From Podarcis gaigeae (taxonomy: Eukaryota): a stretch of 64,000 nucleotides of DNA. Below, one piece after another: positions 51,203 to 63,165 of this stretch. Numbering within the stretch: the first letter of the stretch is position 1; the number at the start of each line of letters is the position of its first letter. The notes beneath the pieces are model-generated. The model was not told where the DNA came from. It made no database searches and saw only the letters and a program-made list of their open reading frames with translations. Made by a program: the position numbers and the translations under genes. The DNA lies in assembly GCA_964106915.2 (NCBI GenBank), contig OZ066931.1, one strand, 5' to 3'.

Positions 51203-51942
51203 TTGTACGAGTTGGTGAAATAACAGCCTCAAATGGACTGGTTTTAGTTGGATAAGAGTATGTAAACCTCTTCTTCTTTTAAATGGAGCCAAGAGCTTCC
51301 TTCTTCAAGTGTCTGAATGCAAATGATGATGCAAATATGCAGACAAATAATATATATATCACCAGAAAATACATCCTGATTCATGAACATGTTGTAATGA
51401 GGACACTGTAACATGTCTCTTATCATCCTACTTTGCTGTCTCTGTCCATCTATGAAGAAAACACCAATAATGTACGTATTTATTATTATCTAACAAAATT
51501 TATATACTGCTTGATTGTAATAAAACCTCTATGCGGTTGACAAGAAATCCAGGCAGCTGACAAGAAATAACAATGATGAATCAAACATTCCTGATATAAA
51601 TCCAGTTTTTCACATTATACACCCAAATTAGAGAGTGCACTGATACGTAAATGACCCATCTTTTCGTATACCATAAAATAAGGACTGTGAAGTACAGATT
51701 TTCAAAGTCCTGAAAATTTGGACTCTTGCACCTTAAAAAACAACAACAAAGTTCTAGGTCTCATGGTAGCATGCATATATTTGAAAATATAATGGGACAC
51801 AAAGGATTCTCTGTGGCAAATTTGCAAAAAGCCCAAATCCTTAATGATTCAGCTTTCATAATTTTAGTCCCCAAAGATTTCTCAAGGGCTCAAAAATGTT
51901 TTGAGAAGAAATGTTGTCCCCTCTTTTAACCAAGTATATTTT

Positions 51943-52203
51943 GGCAACCTAGCAGTTCGAAAGCACGCCAGTGAAAGTAGATAAATAGGTACCACTGTGG
52001 CAGGAAGGTAAACGACATTTCCATGCTCTCTGGCTTCGGTCATGGTGTTCCATTGCAACAGAAGTGGTTTAGTCCTGCTAGCAACATGACCCGGAAAGCT
52101 GTCTGTGGACAAACGCCAGCTCCCTCAGCCTGAAAGCGAGATGAGCGCCACAACCCCATAGTCACCTTTGATTGGACTTAACCATCCAGGGGTCCTTTAC
52201 CTT
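51943..52203 (+). mobile_element. Sauria SINE, 5'-truncated older subfamily
   Basis: CAACCTAGCAGTTCGAAAGCAC...GGGGTCCTTTACC. Confidence 0.82.
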
Positions 52204-53416
52204 TTTTCCCTTTTTTATAGCATCCAGCATGTTAATGAAAACCTTGTTATGTTACATGCATCTTCATGACACAAATGATTTTTCGCAAGCGACAGGGCTC
52301 CTGTGCAGAGCAGATACACCACAGCATCACATGTTCCTCTCACAATGCCTGAGGATTCAGCATTCACCTTTGTAAGGAGAAGTTGTACACCCAAAGACCT
52401 CCCCAGATTCTGGAACCATTCTGCGTAAGCCTTGCCATGTACAGTTGTGCAGGCAAAGGCCCGAATCTTTGCAGGTGTTTCCTCTATGTTTGCAGCAGAC
52501 ACCTGGGGAAGGAGTGTGTGATGTCAGGGCGAGACTATTCAGATTGGCCTAGCTCCTTGTTCTTCCACTGCTCAACACAGGAGCAAACAACAGGTAATGG
52601 GGCATGGATTTTCCACTCTGAATAGCCCCATTAAACAAGGTGTCTGTCCACTACTGACCTAGTTGCGTGTCAAGGTCCCCAAGCCACCCCAATAAAACAC
52701 AATTCACACAGAATTTTTGTTTAAGGCTTTTGGCATAATTTTGGCCACAACCATATTAAAATACAAAAATTGTGAGTGGTTGCTTAGGCATTGGTTGCGA
52801 CTATCTGACCCCCACGGGGACAGACTGACATTCGCATGCCCGCGAAAGTCAGAAAGGGAAAACATTTTGGGGAGAAAGATGGAGCTGGGTACCATGCCCT
52901 CACCTCTCCCCAAATGTCCCCAGGGGCTCTTGCGTGGCCCTAGCCCCTTGCCAGGGGTTCGGACAAAAGCATGGCGAGCCCCTGGATTCCTTTAGCAGAA
53001 TTCCCTGCTGCAGCAGCATTGGAGGGGCAGGCACAGCCAACCATACCCCCTCCACCAACCAATTCATAAAACCAATGCCTAACCACAATCTTACAAGTTG
53101 TGCTGATTTGCTACGTAGTAGGCAAAAACCAAATGGCATCAGCCAATCAGACAAATGGACAAAATTCCCACCGGGCCCCTGCCCCAAAAGCAGACGATCC
53201 CATGACAGGCATAGCAAGCAATCAATCCTCAACAATGCGTGCAGGGAATTTAAGGGTTCTGGCTGTCAATCACAAAATGGCAACATCAACTTCTCCCCAA
53301 CAACAAGAGGAGCCCAATCACAGCAGTGGCCAACTACCTTCACCGGCCCAGCAACAGTGGGATGTCTTGATAGACCCCACTGCAACACGTGCTCTCCATG
53401 AAGGAGAACACGCTGT

Positions 53417-53809
53417 CATATCCTCCAACATTTCTCTGATTAAACTTGGGGCACCCTATTCCATAATAAGAATAAGAATCATTTTATTATTTTTACCCCG
53501 TCCATCTGACTGGGTTGCCCCAGCCACTCTGGGAGGCTTCCAACATATATAAAAACATAAAACATAATACTTAAAAAAAAAAAAAACACTTCCCTATACA
53601 GGGCTGCCTTCAGATGTCTTCTAAAGGTTGCATAGTTACTTATCTCCTCGGCTTGGGAGGTAGCCTAACTCCATACCCTCCAACATTTCTCTGATGAAAA
53701 TAGGGATGACCTAAGGAAAAGTGGGACATTCCAGGATCAAATCAGAAACTGGGACAGTTTTTGTAAATCTGGGACTGTCCCTGGAAAATAGGGACACTTG
53801 GAGGGTCTG
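53417..53809. mobile_element. hAT-like composite element carrying an L2 3' end (also 22350-22660 and 63743-64000)
   Basis: Ends CATATCCTCCAA / TTGGAGGGTCTG; GGGAC subterminal motifs; the internal L2 segment is shared by three copies. Confidence 0.65.
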
Positions 53810-54484
53810 CTAGTTTATGCAAAAGTTGCCTCCGTGTTTTATTTCTGAATTCTAAGTTGAGTGGCTACACTTTGACTTAATGATCCAACATCATCGTTAA
53901 AGTAACTCGTTTTCCTTGAGGTAAGTGGCTGAAGATGCTACTTTATCCATCTTTTGTGATGATGTCACAGAACCAAGAACTGTTTACTGCCTTCATGCAA
54001 ACTTGCATGTATAGATGTTACTCCATTCCTGCTTGTTTCCTGACTTGGAATCTGAGCAACTGTTATCTCATTGCACATCTGCTTTTTGTTTTTACTTTGG
54101 CTTTTCCTCAGAAGATCATTTAAGAAATAGACATAATCACATGCTATCTCACAATCATGTGCCTGAGGGGAAATCACAGGCCAGAGATGTTTTGCTTTTT
54201 CCCCAACACACATAATCTCTTTTCACATGAAAAAAAAATCACTCGACATGTATACAAACATTTCTAACATTTCTTTTTTCACTGCATTAACTAGGATATT
54301 TTGTAGTTGCACAGATGGAGATGGGGCAGGAAAAGGTTTGTGTTCTGGAGAGTCAAAGTTTTAAGATAATTGCATTTAAATTATGAGGCGGCGGGGGAGG
54401 TCTATTAAAAATAAATAGCCCAATTACAAAAGTAAAATCATGTCAACACAAAAGAGTCATTTGGCAGTCATTAAACAGATAATA

Positions 54485-54839
54485 AAGGTAAAGGTACCCC
54501 TGCCTGTACCGGCCAGTTTTGCCAGACTCTAGGGTTGTGCGCTCATCTCACTCTATAGGCCGGGAGCCAGCACTGTCCGCAGACACTTCCGGGTCATGTG
54601 GCCAGCGTGACAAGCTGCATCTGGCGAGCCAGCGCAGCACACGGAACGCCGTTTACCTTCCTGCTGGTAAGCGGTCCCTATTTATCTACTTGCACCCGGG
54701 GGTGCTTTCGAACTGCTAGGTTGGCAGGCGCTGAGACCGAACGGCGGGAGCGCACCCCGCCGCGGGGATTCAAACCACCGACCTTTTGATCGGCAAGTCC
54801 TAGGCGCTGAGGTTTTACCCACAGCGCCACCCATGTCCC
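54485..54839 (-). mobile_element. Sauria SINE, distinct CpG-rich subfamily
   Basis: Head GGGACATGGGTGGCGCTGTGGGT on minus; ACCTTT tail; TSD taaacagataata. Confidence 0.88.
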
Positions 54840-55006
54840 ACTAAACAGATAATACTGTACAAGAAAACAACAGCGTACAAGATTTAGGTATTGGGAAGGG
54901 GGAATCTATAGGAAAACACTAAGAATAAAAGGAGACTCTGGTCAATAAACACCAACAGGTCACTAAAGGTGTCTGGCAAATTGACCTCATGGCCTTGGAA
55001 GAACTC

Positions 55007-55511
55007 CATGGACAAACCTAGACAGCATCTTAAAAAGTAGAGACATCACCTTGCCGACAAAGGTCCATATAGTTAAAGCTATGGTTTTCCCAGTAGTGAT
55101 GTATGGAAGTGAGAGCTGGACCATAAAGAAGGCTGATTGCCAAAGAATTGATGCTTTTGAATTACGGTGCTGGTGGAGACTCTTGAGAGTCCCATGGACT
55201 GCAAGAAGATCAATCTATCCATTCTTAAGGAAATCAGCCCTGAGTGCTCGCTGGAAGGACAGATCCTGAAGCTGAGGCTCCAATACTCATGAGAAGAGAA
55301 GACTCCCTGGAAAAGACCCTGATGTTGGGAAGGATGGAGGGCACAAGGAGAAGGGGATGACAGAGGACGAGATGGTTGGACAGTGTCGTCGAAGCTACTA
55401 ACATGAGTTTGACCAAACTGCAGGAGGCAGTGGAAGACAGGAGTGCCTGGCGTGCTCTGGTCCATGGGGTCACAAAGAGTCGGACATGACTAAACGACTA
55501 AACAACAACAA
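55007..55511 (+). mobile_element. Bov-B 3' fragment
   Basis: LDSILKSRDITLPTKVHIVKAMVFPVVMYGSESWT...; frameshifted; (AAC)n tail. Confidence 0.92.
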
Positions 55512-56024
55512 GATTGATGAGGCTGAAGGTCACAAAGGAAGCAGTCAGAGCAGGATTCCAATGCAGCTCACGCAGAGCATAGATTGCAAATGTCTTTGCT
55601 CCGCACACAGAAACGCAGGCCAGGCACCTACCTTTGTTAAGGTGTGCTTGCACCCCTGCCTTAAGAGCACAGTGTTCTTTTTTCAATACATTTCACAGCT
55701 CTTTCCCTGCTAGCTGTTCACACCAGCAATTCATTTCATTTATTTTTGTTTACATACCAAGGGACATGGGGGAGGGGTGGTTAGAGTCTTTACCCTATGC
55801 AAATCAGTTCACACCATGCTTAGATACAAAATAAGATGAACCAGACACTGGACATGCAGTGAGAGTGCAGTAAGTGGTATGTGAACATGTGCTTTGTGTG
55901 GATGTTAAGCGGAAGACATAAAAGTTTTATACAGAGCTCTTAAAAGTCCTGCAACAGAAGTTAATCTATAACATGCTAATATTTGCATTTTGCTCTCGGG
56001 ACTGGGAGCCCGTCAGTGGTGAGG

Positions 56025-56111
56025 AGAAGAAGAAGAAGAAGAAGAAGAAGAAGAAGAAGAAGAAGAAGAAGAAGAAGAGGAGGAGGAGGAGGAGGAGGAG
56101 GAGTAGTAGTA
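56025..56111. repeat. Compound (GAA)n(GGA)n(GTA)n microsatellite
   Basis: Direct reading; tail of the adjacent SINE. Confidence 0.95.
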
Positions 56112-56340
56112 GTTTGGATTTGATATCCCGCTTTATCACTACCTGAAGGAGTTTCAAAGCAATTCTCCTTTCCCTTCCTCCCCCACAACAAACACTCTGT
56201 GAGGTGAGTGAGGCTGAGAGACTTCAGAGAAGTGTGACTGGCCCAAGGTCACCCAGCAGCTGCATGTGGAGGAGCGGAGACGCAAACCCGGTTCCCCAGA
56301 TTACGAGACTACCGCTCTAAACCACTACACCACACTGGCT
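56112..56340 (-). mobile_element. CORE/MIR-like tRNA SINE (Squam3-type)
   Basis: Head GCCAGTGTGGTGTAGTGGTT, CORE-like GCTGGGTGACCTTGGGC, microsatellite tail 56025-56111. Confidence 0.8.
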
Positions 56341-56892
56341 GTTCAATGGGCCAGATAAATATATTTATACATAATGCCGGTTTACCCATCTAGGATCTTT
56401 ATCTGAGTCTCTCAGTCCCAAGGCTTGTGTCAGCTGGCTAATCTTTATCAGGAAAAGTGAATGTAGAGGAAGGTGACTTTGTGTGGCCCTTGTGACAGGA
56501 ACCTTTGAATGCTTATTGCCACCTCTGAGATACATTTATGAATCACTCCCACATAATGGTTTCATAACAGAATGAAGCTGACTCATGGGAGCACTCTTAT
56601 CCTCTAGAGGTTTTGCAATATGGACCTTTGTCAGAAAGTCCCTGCTCACATCTCGACCACTAGCCAGCGGAAATTCTTTAGAGTTAGTATTTTCCTGAGA
56701 TAACAGCATTCATTGATTTGGGAACCATCTCATTTAGGAGTACTGGACTCTCAAGGGGGCAAAGGTACTGCTGTGTGGATATAAGTCTGAGTTTTGCAAA
56801 CAGTGCAGTAAAAACAATAATTCAGTATTTAGGAGATTTGAATCCAGTAAGTCATTATCTCTCCCCTGCTGTTCTTGCCCTTAATGCTCCCC

Positions 56893-56975
<83 letters not shown>
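56893..56975. repeat. Compound (AT)n(GT)n(GA)n microsatellite
   Basis: Direct reading. Confidence 0.95.
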
Positions 56976-56981
<6 letters not shown>

Positions 56982-57273
56982 CAAACCCATTGACCCCTTC
57001 CCCTTCTTCGTTTTCCAATCACTGACTCCATCCTCTTCCAAATGTTGCAAAGTGAACTTCTATAGCAGGGAGGCAACTAGACTATAGGTAGAATCCTTGC
57101 GTAAATTAGTACCCTGATCTTCAGGAGGTCTGAAGCAGGCACTCTCGAAAGTAGCCTGGATCTGCTCTTGCCAGAACATGCAATGGCATTTCCTTGAAGA
57201 TGGGCGCTGGGCCTACCTGGCTAGCTCGCTGGCGGACTCTGGCTCAGGTGCCTCCCTGGTTGTCAGGGAAAAC

Positions 57274-57628
57274 TGTCATGAGCCAGTAATCAGCTTTGCC
57301 TGCTGGACAGCAACCTGAAGGGGGAGAAGCCGAAATGACTCCACCTACAGCTCATCCGCCTTCGCAGAGGAGAAGACACTGGTGAGAACCAGTTAGCTCT
57401 GGCCTCCCTAAGCAGAACTATCAGCAGCAGTCAGATGCTGGAAACAACGCCTGTGGTTCCTAGCCCTACCTTGCTGCTTCCTCTGGACCTCTGACTCTGT
57501 GATCATCAGGATTCCCTAACCTATGGCTTGTCAGACTATGTATGTGGCTTCTGCTCTTAGGCAAGAGTTCCTTGGAGACTCTTGGCCCCTCCTTGATCAG
57601 CAGCAGAACTTGGGACAGGGCTGTGACA
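57274..57628. mobile_element. Solo LTR (Gypsy/ERV type)
   Basis: TGTCATGAGCC...GGCTGTGACA termini; 4-bp TSD aaac; 355 bp. Confidence 0.65.
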
Positions 57629-57887
57629 AAACCTTATGGGCAGGAGGCAGTGCAAGGGCTGTTTCAGGCAGGTCTCCCACCTCAGTGGGAATGTCCCTCC
57701 CATCAGATGTCAAAGAGATAAACAACTACCTGACATTCAGAAGACATCTTAAGGCAGCCCTGTTCAGGGCAGCTTTTAATATGTAACGCTGTACTGTTTT
57801 TAACACCTGATTGGGAGCCGCCCAGAGTGGCTGGGGAAACTCAGCCAGATGGGCGGGGTATAAATAATAAATTATTATTATTATAAT

Positions 57888-58143
57888 TTGTTGTTGTTTA
57901 GTCGTTTAGTCATGTCCGATTCTTCGTGACCCCATGGACCAGAGCACGCCAGACAGTGGCGTAGCGTGGGGGGTGCAGGGGGGGCCGGCCGCACCGGGCG
58001 CAACATCTGGGGGTTAGGGTTAGGGGGCGCAAATCCACGAGTTAGGGGGCGCAAATTCACGAGTTAGGGGGCGCAAATTACTTGCCTTGCCCCGGGTGCT
58101 GACAACCCACGCTACGCCACTGACACCAGACACTCCTGTCTTC
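57888..58143 (-). mobile_element. Very short Bov-B 3' end interrupted by a hAT MITE
   Basis: ttgttgtttagtcgtttagtcatgtcc...acgccaga[MITE]cactcctgtcttc. Confidence 0.8.
57954..58122. mobile_element. hAT MITE (169 bp) with internal 22-bp tandem repeats
   Basis: Perfect TIR CAGTGGCGTAGCGTGGG / CCCACGCTACGCCACTG; TSD acgccaga/acaccaga. Confidence 0.92.
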
Positions 58144-58200
58144 TTCTTCTTCTTCTTCTTCTTCTTCTTCTTCTTCTTCTTCTTCTTCTTCTTCTTCTTC
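58141..58200. repeat. (TTC)20 microsatellite
   Basis: Direct reading. Confidence 0.95.
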
Positions 58201-58451
58201 ATATTATTATTATCTAGCATCAGTGGGGCAGGGATGCCTCCAGATGAACTACTCAGCCTGTGTCAGGCTCAGCACTTTTATACTCTCCCTCCCACCAGTC
58301 CTGCCAAGGTTTCCATGGGGCTCATGACAACTTTGAGCATGGTACAGGTGTTCTGTTGGATCCTGTTCAATATCATCAGTTGCTCCAGCTCAGCAGTGCT
58401 CCTGTGACATGTACACGGCATTGCATTGTTGCAAAATAATAATAATAATAA

Positions 58452-59025
58452 GTTTTTATTTATACCCCGCCCTTCCCAGTTCAAAAAACGGGCTCAAGGC
58501 GGCTAACAACAAATTTAAAACACTTAATTGATGCAACAAAAAAGAGCATAAAATACAGTTTAAAACGTGAATAACAATAAATTCAGAATTCAAAAATCAA
58601 TTTAGGGGGGAAATCCATCCAGTAAACATTAGAGGATCACCAGGGCTAGCTGGCTAAGTTAGTCCTATTTGGGCCAGCAAGGAGACCAGGGGGGAATTAG
58701 CTGTGGGATCCCAGAGTTGGGAATCTTCATAAAAAGGGGAGGGGGGGAAGGAAGGGGAATAAAAGATCAGGCTAAGTTCAAATTGAAAGCCAGGCAGAAT
58801 AGCTCTGTCTTACAGGCCCTGCGGAAGGAAGTTAAATCCTGCAGGGCCCTGGTCTCATGGGACAGAGCATTCCACCAGGTCGGAGCCATCACTGAGAAGG
58901 CCCTGGTGGAAGATGATCTGACTTCCTTAGGGCCCAGGACCTCTAAACTATGATTATTCATGGACCTTAAGGTCCTCTGCAGGGCATACCAGGAGAGGCG
59001 GTCCCATAAATACGAGGGCCCTAAG
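58452..59025 (-). mobile_element. L2 LINE 3' end
   Basis: RAFSVMAPTWWNALSHETRALQDLTSFRRACKTELF. Confidence 0.8.
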
Positions 59026-59115
59026 CCACAAAATGTATGCTTCTTGCAATTCTTTCCTCAATGGGGTAGTTATTGATGGTTATTTTTTCCTTTCTTTTCT
59101 TTTCCTATGCTTTCC

Positions 59116-59166
<51 letters not shown>

Positions 59167-60589
59167 TTATTATTTATACCCCGCCCATCTGGCTGGGCCT
59201 CCCCAGCCACTCTGGGCGGCTTCCATAAAAACCAAAAATACAGTATCACACGTTAAATACTTCCCTTAAGATGTCTTCTGAATGTCAGGTAGTTGTTTAT
59301 CGCTTTGACATCTGCTGGAAGGGCGTTCCACAGGTGGGCGCCACTACCGAGAAGGCCCTCTGCCTTCCTAGTGTTTTCTTTAGGTTACATATATGTGCAT
59401 GTGTCTATCCGTTTATGGAAAAGGTTAATACAAACTGCATTTTTTAAAAGCAAAGTCAGAGCCAATTCACACAAATATTGATGCAAACTGGCACAGTTTT
59501 ATGCCTTGCCCTTTGCACAAGCTAATACAAGGCAGTCTACCTTGCACACTGCAATTGGAAGCCTCTGATCTCATCTGCTTCAGGTGGTAATGGAACTTCC
59601 TCTTGAACTTTCACTTAGCTTCTTTCCCCACTGAAAGAACACTCCCAATTCTTTATTCTCCACCCACGTTCCCACCTCTGTTGACCAAAAGTTATCCAAA
59701 AATAAGCCCTCTCTCGGCTTTATCAGTGAAATGGTTTTGCAAAAATTTCCCAAGAGTCACACAAAAAAGAGATATGTTTGAACTAGCATTAGGAACAGAA
59801 CTTTTTATTTTATTCACTCATCAGGCTGTGGGACATGTTTGCAAGAAGGATGGTTGTGCTGACAGGCTAAGTAGAAGCAACAATTGCTGAAACCTTATTT
59901 TAAAAGGTCAATTGTCATATAAGCCTATTGTCAGGCATTTCCAACACCCACTCTGATGCTAAAGCTCAAAAACAGTGCAAACGTCACTATAATGATGAAT
60001 AAATGTTCCATAGGTTGGTGTGAGACTCGGAAATAGCTGCTACAAAGCTTATGTATCAAGTAACATTTAAAAAGTGCCTTAAATCATCGGTATTTCAAGA
60101 ATTTATAAATTTTATTTTTAAACATATTATTGCATTTATATTGTTACATGCCACCCCAATCTCCGAGTGGTGAGAGAATCCCAGGGGTTTTCAAGTGCTT
60201 TCTCAAGTTTGGTTTCCTTTGGTTACCTTGGACTGAAGGTCAACAGAAACTGTGATGTCTTTAGGATATATGGTTTTATTTACTCATATGGGCAACCTGG
60301 GCTCACAGCATTAACACCCCAACAGATTGTGCTTCTCCATTAGTCACAGTTTTGGATCCAGCACAGAGCAAGCCTGTCTCTGCGTCTCCAGCTTCCAGCC
60401 TGTTTCCAGCTTGCTCTCTGGCTCTTGTTCTTCCACCTAGCAGTTAGGTGGGTGAGGAGAAGGCTCACCTATTAGCCTGGAGCCCTATGCAGCCTTGTGT
60501 CTAGATGGAGGTCAACACAAGGTAGAGACTGTCGCCTGGGTGAGATTTCTTCTATGCTGGTTAAACATCTGCCTTACATCAGATAAAGA

Positions 60590-60913
60590 TCCTCTGCGAA
60601 GTTTTGTCAGACCCCTTTCTTTCCCCAGGGCTACAACAGTTTAACCAGAAGGTACAGCAACTCGGGATGTCAGTGGAACTTTTGCGATCGATGTCCCTAC
60701 CATCTGCCAAGGCTATAATAAAAACTAGGTTGTGGGATATTGAACGCCAAGAACTAACAGCAGCAGCAGAGAAAACATGTTCCCCTCTTTATTTTCAACT
60801 TCCTTGGGCACATGAAACTCACCATAATTACCTTGAATTTTTGCTTAACCCTCAAGAAAGAAGGGCATTTTCGCTGGCCGGGTTTAATTCAAATCCATCA
60901 AACCTCCTTTGGG
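60590..60913 (+). mobile_element. RTE-X-like LINE ORF fragment
   Basis: AKAIIKTRLWDIERQ...YLEFLLNPQERRAFSLAGFNSNPS resembles the post-RT region of RTE-X LINEs. Confidence 0.55.
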
Positions 60914-60979
60914 GAAGAAGAAGAAGAAGAAGAAGAAGAAGAAGAAGAAGAAGAAGAAGAAGAAGAAGAAGAAGAAGAA
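60914..60979. repeat. (GAA)~22 microsatellite
   Basis: Direct reading. Other STRs: (TATG)n(TAAA)n 29453-29515, (CT)n 33769-33817, (TTG)n 37099-37130, (CA)n 48213-48247, (AAT)n 59116-59166. Confidence 0.95.
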
Positions 60980-61601
60980 AAGAAACCCAGAGTGCTATAG
61001 TTTGTATGAGTTGGTGAAATAACAGCCTCAAATGGAGTGGTTTCAGTTGGATAAGAGTATGTAAACTTCTTCTTTTAAATGGAGCCAAGAGCTTCCTTCT
61101 TCTGTTTTCCCTACCACCCCACCCCACCCCCTGAAAACACATTCAGCACTTGCTTTTGCAAAGAGTGTCTCTGGGCTTAGAGACAGAGGAGAGAGCTGCA
61201 TGTTGGCTGAAGCATCCTGGAAGTACAGGTGTTCTCAAGAGGAACCTTATGCTGGTTTAGCAACTATGCTGTCTGGTGATGGACCCCGTATGCCTCCACT
61301 GTGTTCTGCTTTTATATGCGCAAGTAAAGCAGAGGTTGTAAAAGCTGAGCAATCCTAATAAGAAGCAGGAATAGCGGATTCACTGCCACATCTGAAGTTC
61401 TGCTGGTTCCTGCTCACCACGGCAAAAAGGTATATTTCTGCCGCTTCATGTTGCACTCGCTCCAGACTGACCCAGCTAAAGGGTCTAAGGAACTAGAACC
61501 TAACTTCCACACCCCAAATTCCCTGTTTAGTATCTTGCTGGCAGCTTGTTCCCACCGACCAGGGATCAGTAGAGAGAAGCAATTATGGGTAGCTAGGGTA
61601 C

Positions 61602-61957
61602 TGTGCTGGAGGAGACTCTTGAGAGTCCCATGGACTGCAAGAAGATCAAACCTATCCATTCTTAAGGAAATCAGCCGTGAGTGCTCACTGGAAGGACAGA
61701 TTCTGAAGCTGAGTCTCCAAGACTTTGGCCACATGAGAAGAGAAGACTCCCTGGAAAAGACCCTGATGTTGGGAAAGATGGAGGGCACAAGGAGAAGGGG
61801 GACGACAGAGGACGAGATGGTTGGACAGTGTTCTCAAAGCTACCAGCATGAGTTTGACTAAACTGCGGGAAGAAGTGGAAGACAGAAGTGCCTGGCATGC
61901 TCTGGTCCATGGGGTCACGAAGAGTCGGACACGACTAAATGACTAAACAACAACAAC
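61602..61957 (+). mobile_element. Bov-B 3' fragment
   Basis: CWRRLLRVPWTARRSNLSILKEI...; (AAC)n tail. Confidence 0.9.
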
Positions 61958-61984
61958 AGGGGACTGTGTCTTAAAAACAACTAA

Positions 61985-62325
61985 TGGAAAACAACATGGA
62001 ATTTAAAAAAAAATGCCTCTTGCAGGTTAACAGATATATGGATTTTGTTATATAAGATAGTGAGTCATACACCAGTGGCTGATGGACAAGAGAAGGATGG
62101 TTAAGATCAGAATTATGAAAGTGGAAAACAACAAGGAAGAAAAGCAGAAAACATATGAAGGCATTATCGCTTGATATCCAGAACATGGGAAGCCCCCTTC
62201 TGATTTTTTTTAAAAAATTGGAATGTTCAATTAGCTGTACTGTTTGTATTGTGCTTTAGTATGATTGGAATTGATTTGTCATTAATTGGAAGGTTTTTAA
62301 TGGAAAATGAATTAAAATTATTTGA
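61985..62325 (+). mobile_element. Degenerate L1 3' end
   Basis: A-rich stretch followed by a T-rich 3' UTR similar in style to the 45-kb element. Confidence 0.35.
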
Positions 62326-62557
62326 GGGGAGGGCAATTATGGTATATGCCATTCTAAGCACCAGCACTCAAGTCATTATAGACACATAGAATTGCAGAGT
62401 TGAAAGGAACCCTGAGAGTCATCTTGTCAAATTTAGCCTATGACAGTCCTATGACTGCTTATTGAGACATCAAACCCATGGTGTCCTGGAGAACTTGCTA
62501 CTCCTGAGTTAAGCGATGTGCAGAATTACATTTAGGTTTATGTATCTTACAGGCAAA

Positions 62558-62879
62558 TGCTGATCAGAAGGTCGGCAGTTTGAATCCCTGCGACGGGGTG
62601 AGCTCCCGTTGCTCGGTCCCTGCTCCTGCCAACCTAGCAGTTCGAAAGCACGTCAAAGTGCAAGTAGATAAATAGGTACCTCTCCGGCGGGAAGGTGAAT
62701 GGCGTTTCCATGCACTGCTCTGGTTCACCAGAAGTGGCTTAGTCATGCTGGCCACATGACCCGGAAGCTGTCTGCGGACAAACGCCGGCTCCCTCAGCCA
62801 GTAAAGCGAGATGAGCACCGCAACCCCAGAGTCGGTCACGACTGGACCTAATGGTCAGGGGTACCTTTACCTTTACTTT
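62558..62879 (+). mobile_element. Sauria SINE, 5'-truncated
   Basis: Starts before the B-box; ends (ACCTTT)n. Confidence 0.88.
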
Positions 62880-63051
62880 AAAACTCAGTTACTGCTGTCG
62901 GAGACGAAAATTACTAATGATCCGCCTATTTTGTGTTTCCTACTACTCTGTGAAATTCCTCTTCTACAAGGAAAAAACAGCTACAGGTTAGGTTTGTCCA
63001 CATTTGAGCTGGAGCTTGGTTGGAATCCATATTTTATCCCTTTGAATTTAC

Positions 63052-63165
63052 CTTCAGTATTTGAAGACTTATGGCCATTTCCAATGTTACTTAGATGCCT
63101 GCTGAGTTTGCTTGTTCCCACCTCTTCATTAGTTAAGTTAAAAAGGCAGCATGACTCCTGTCCTT
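63052..63165 (-). CDS. CD274: Probable CD274 (PD-L1) cytoplasmic-tail exon
   Basis: ttctcttcccttcag|...gaag|gtaaat; 114 nt, phase 1-1, open: EGQESCCLFNLTNEEVGTSKLSRHLSNIGNGHKSSNTE. Strand and position fit synteny. No direct homology recognised. Confidence 0.4.

Noticed and set aside
51270-51315. Hammerhead ribozyme in the gap-flanking repeat
   Set aside because: The CUGANGA...GAAA core is not intact in either copy.
58010-58080. CRISPR-like array or true interstitial telomere
   Set aside because: Eukaryotic DNA; no unique spacers; only two adjacent TTAGGG units, inside a MITE.
60142-60578. Solo LTR on the minus strand
   Set aside because: TG...CA ends are plausible but the flanks do not form a TSD.
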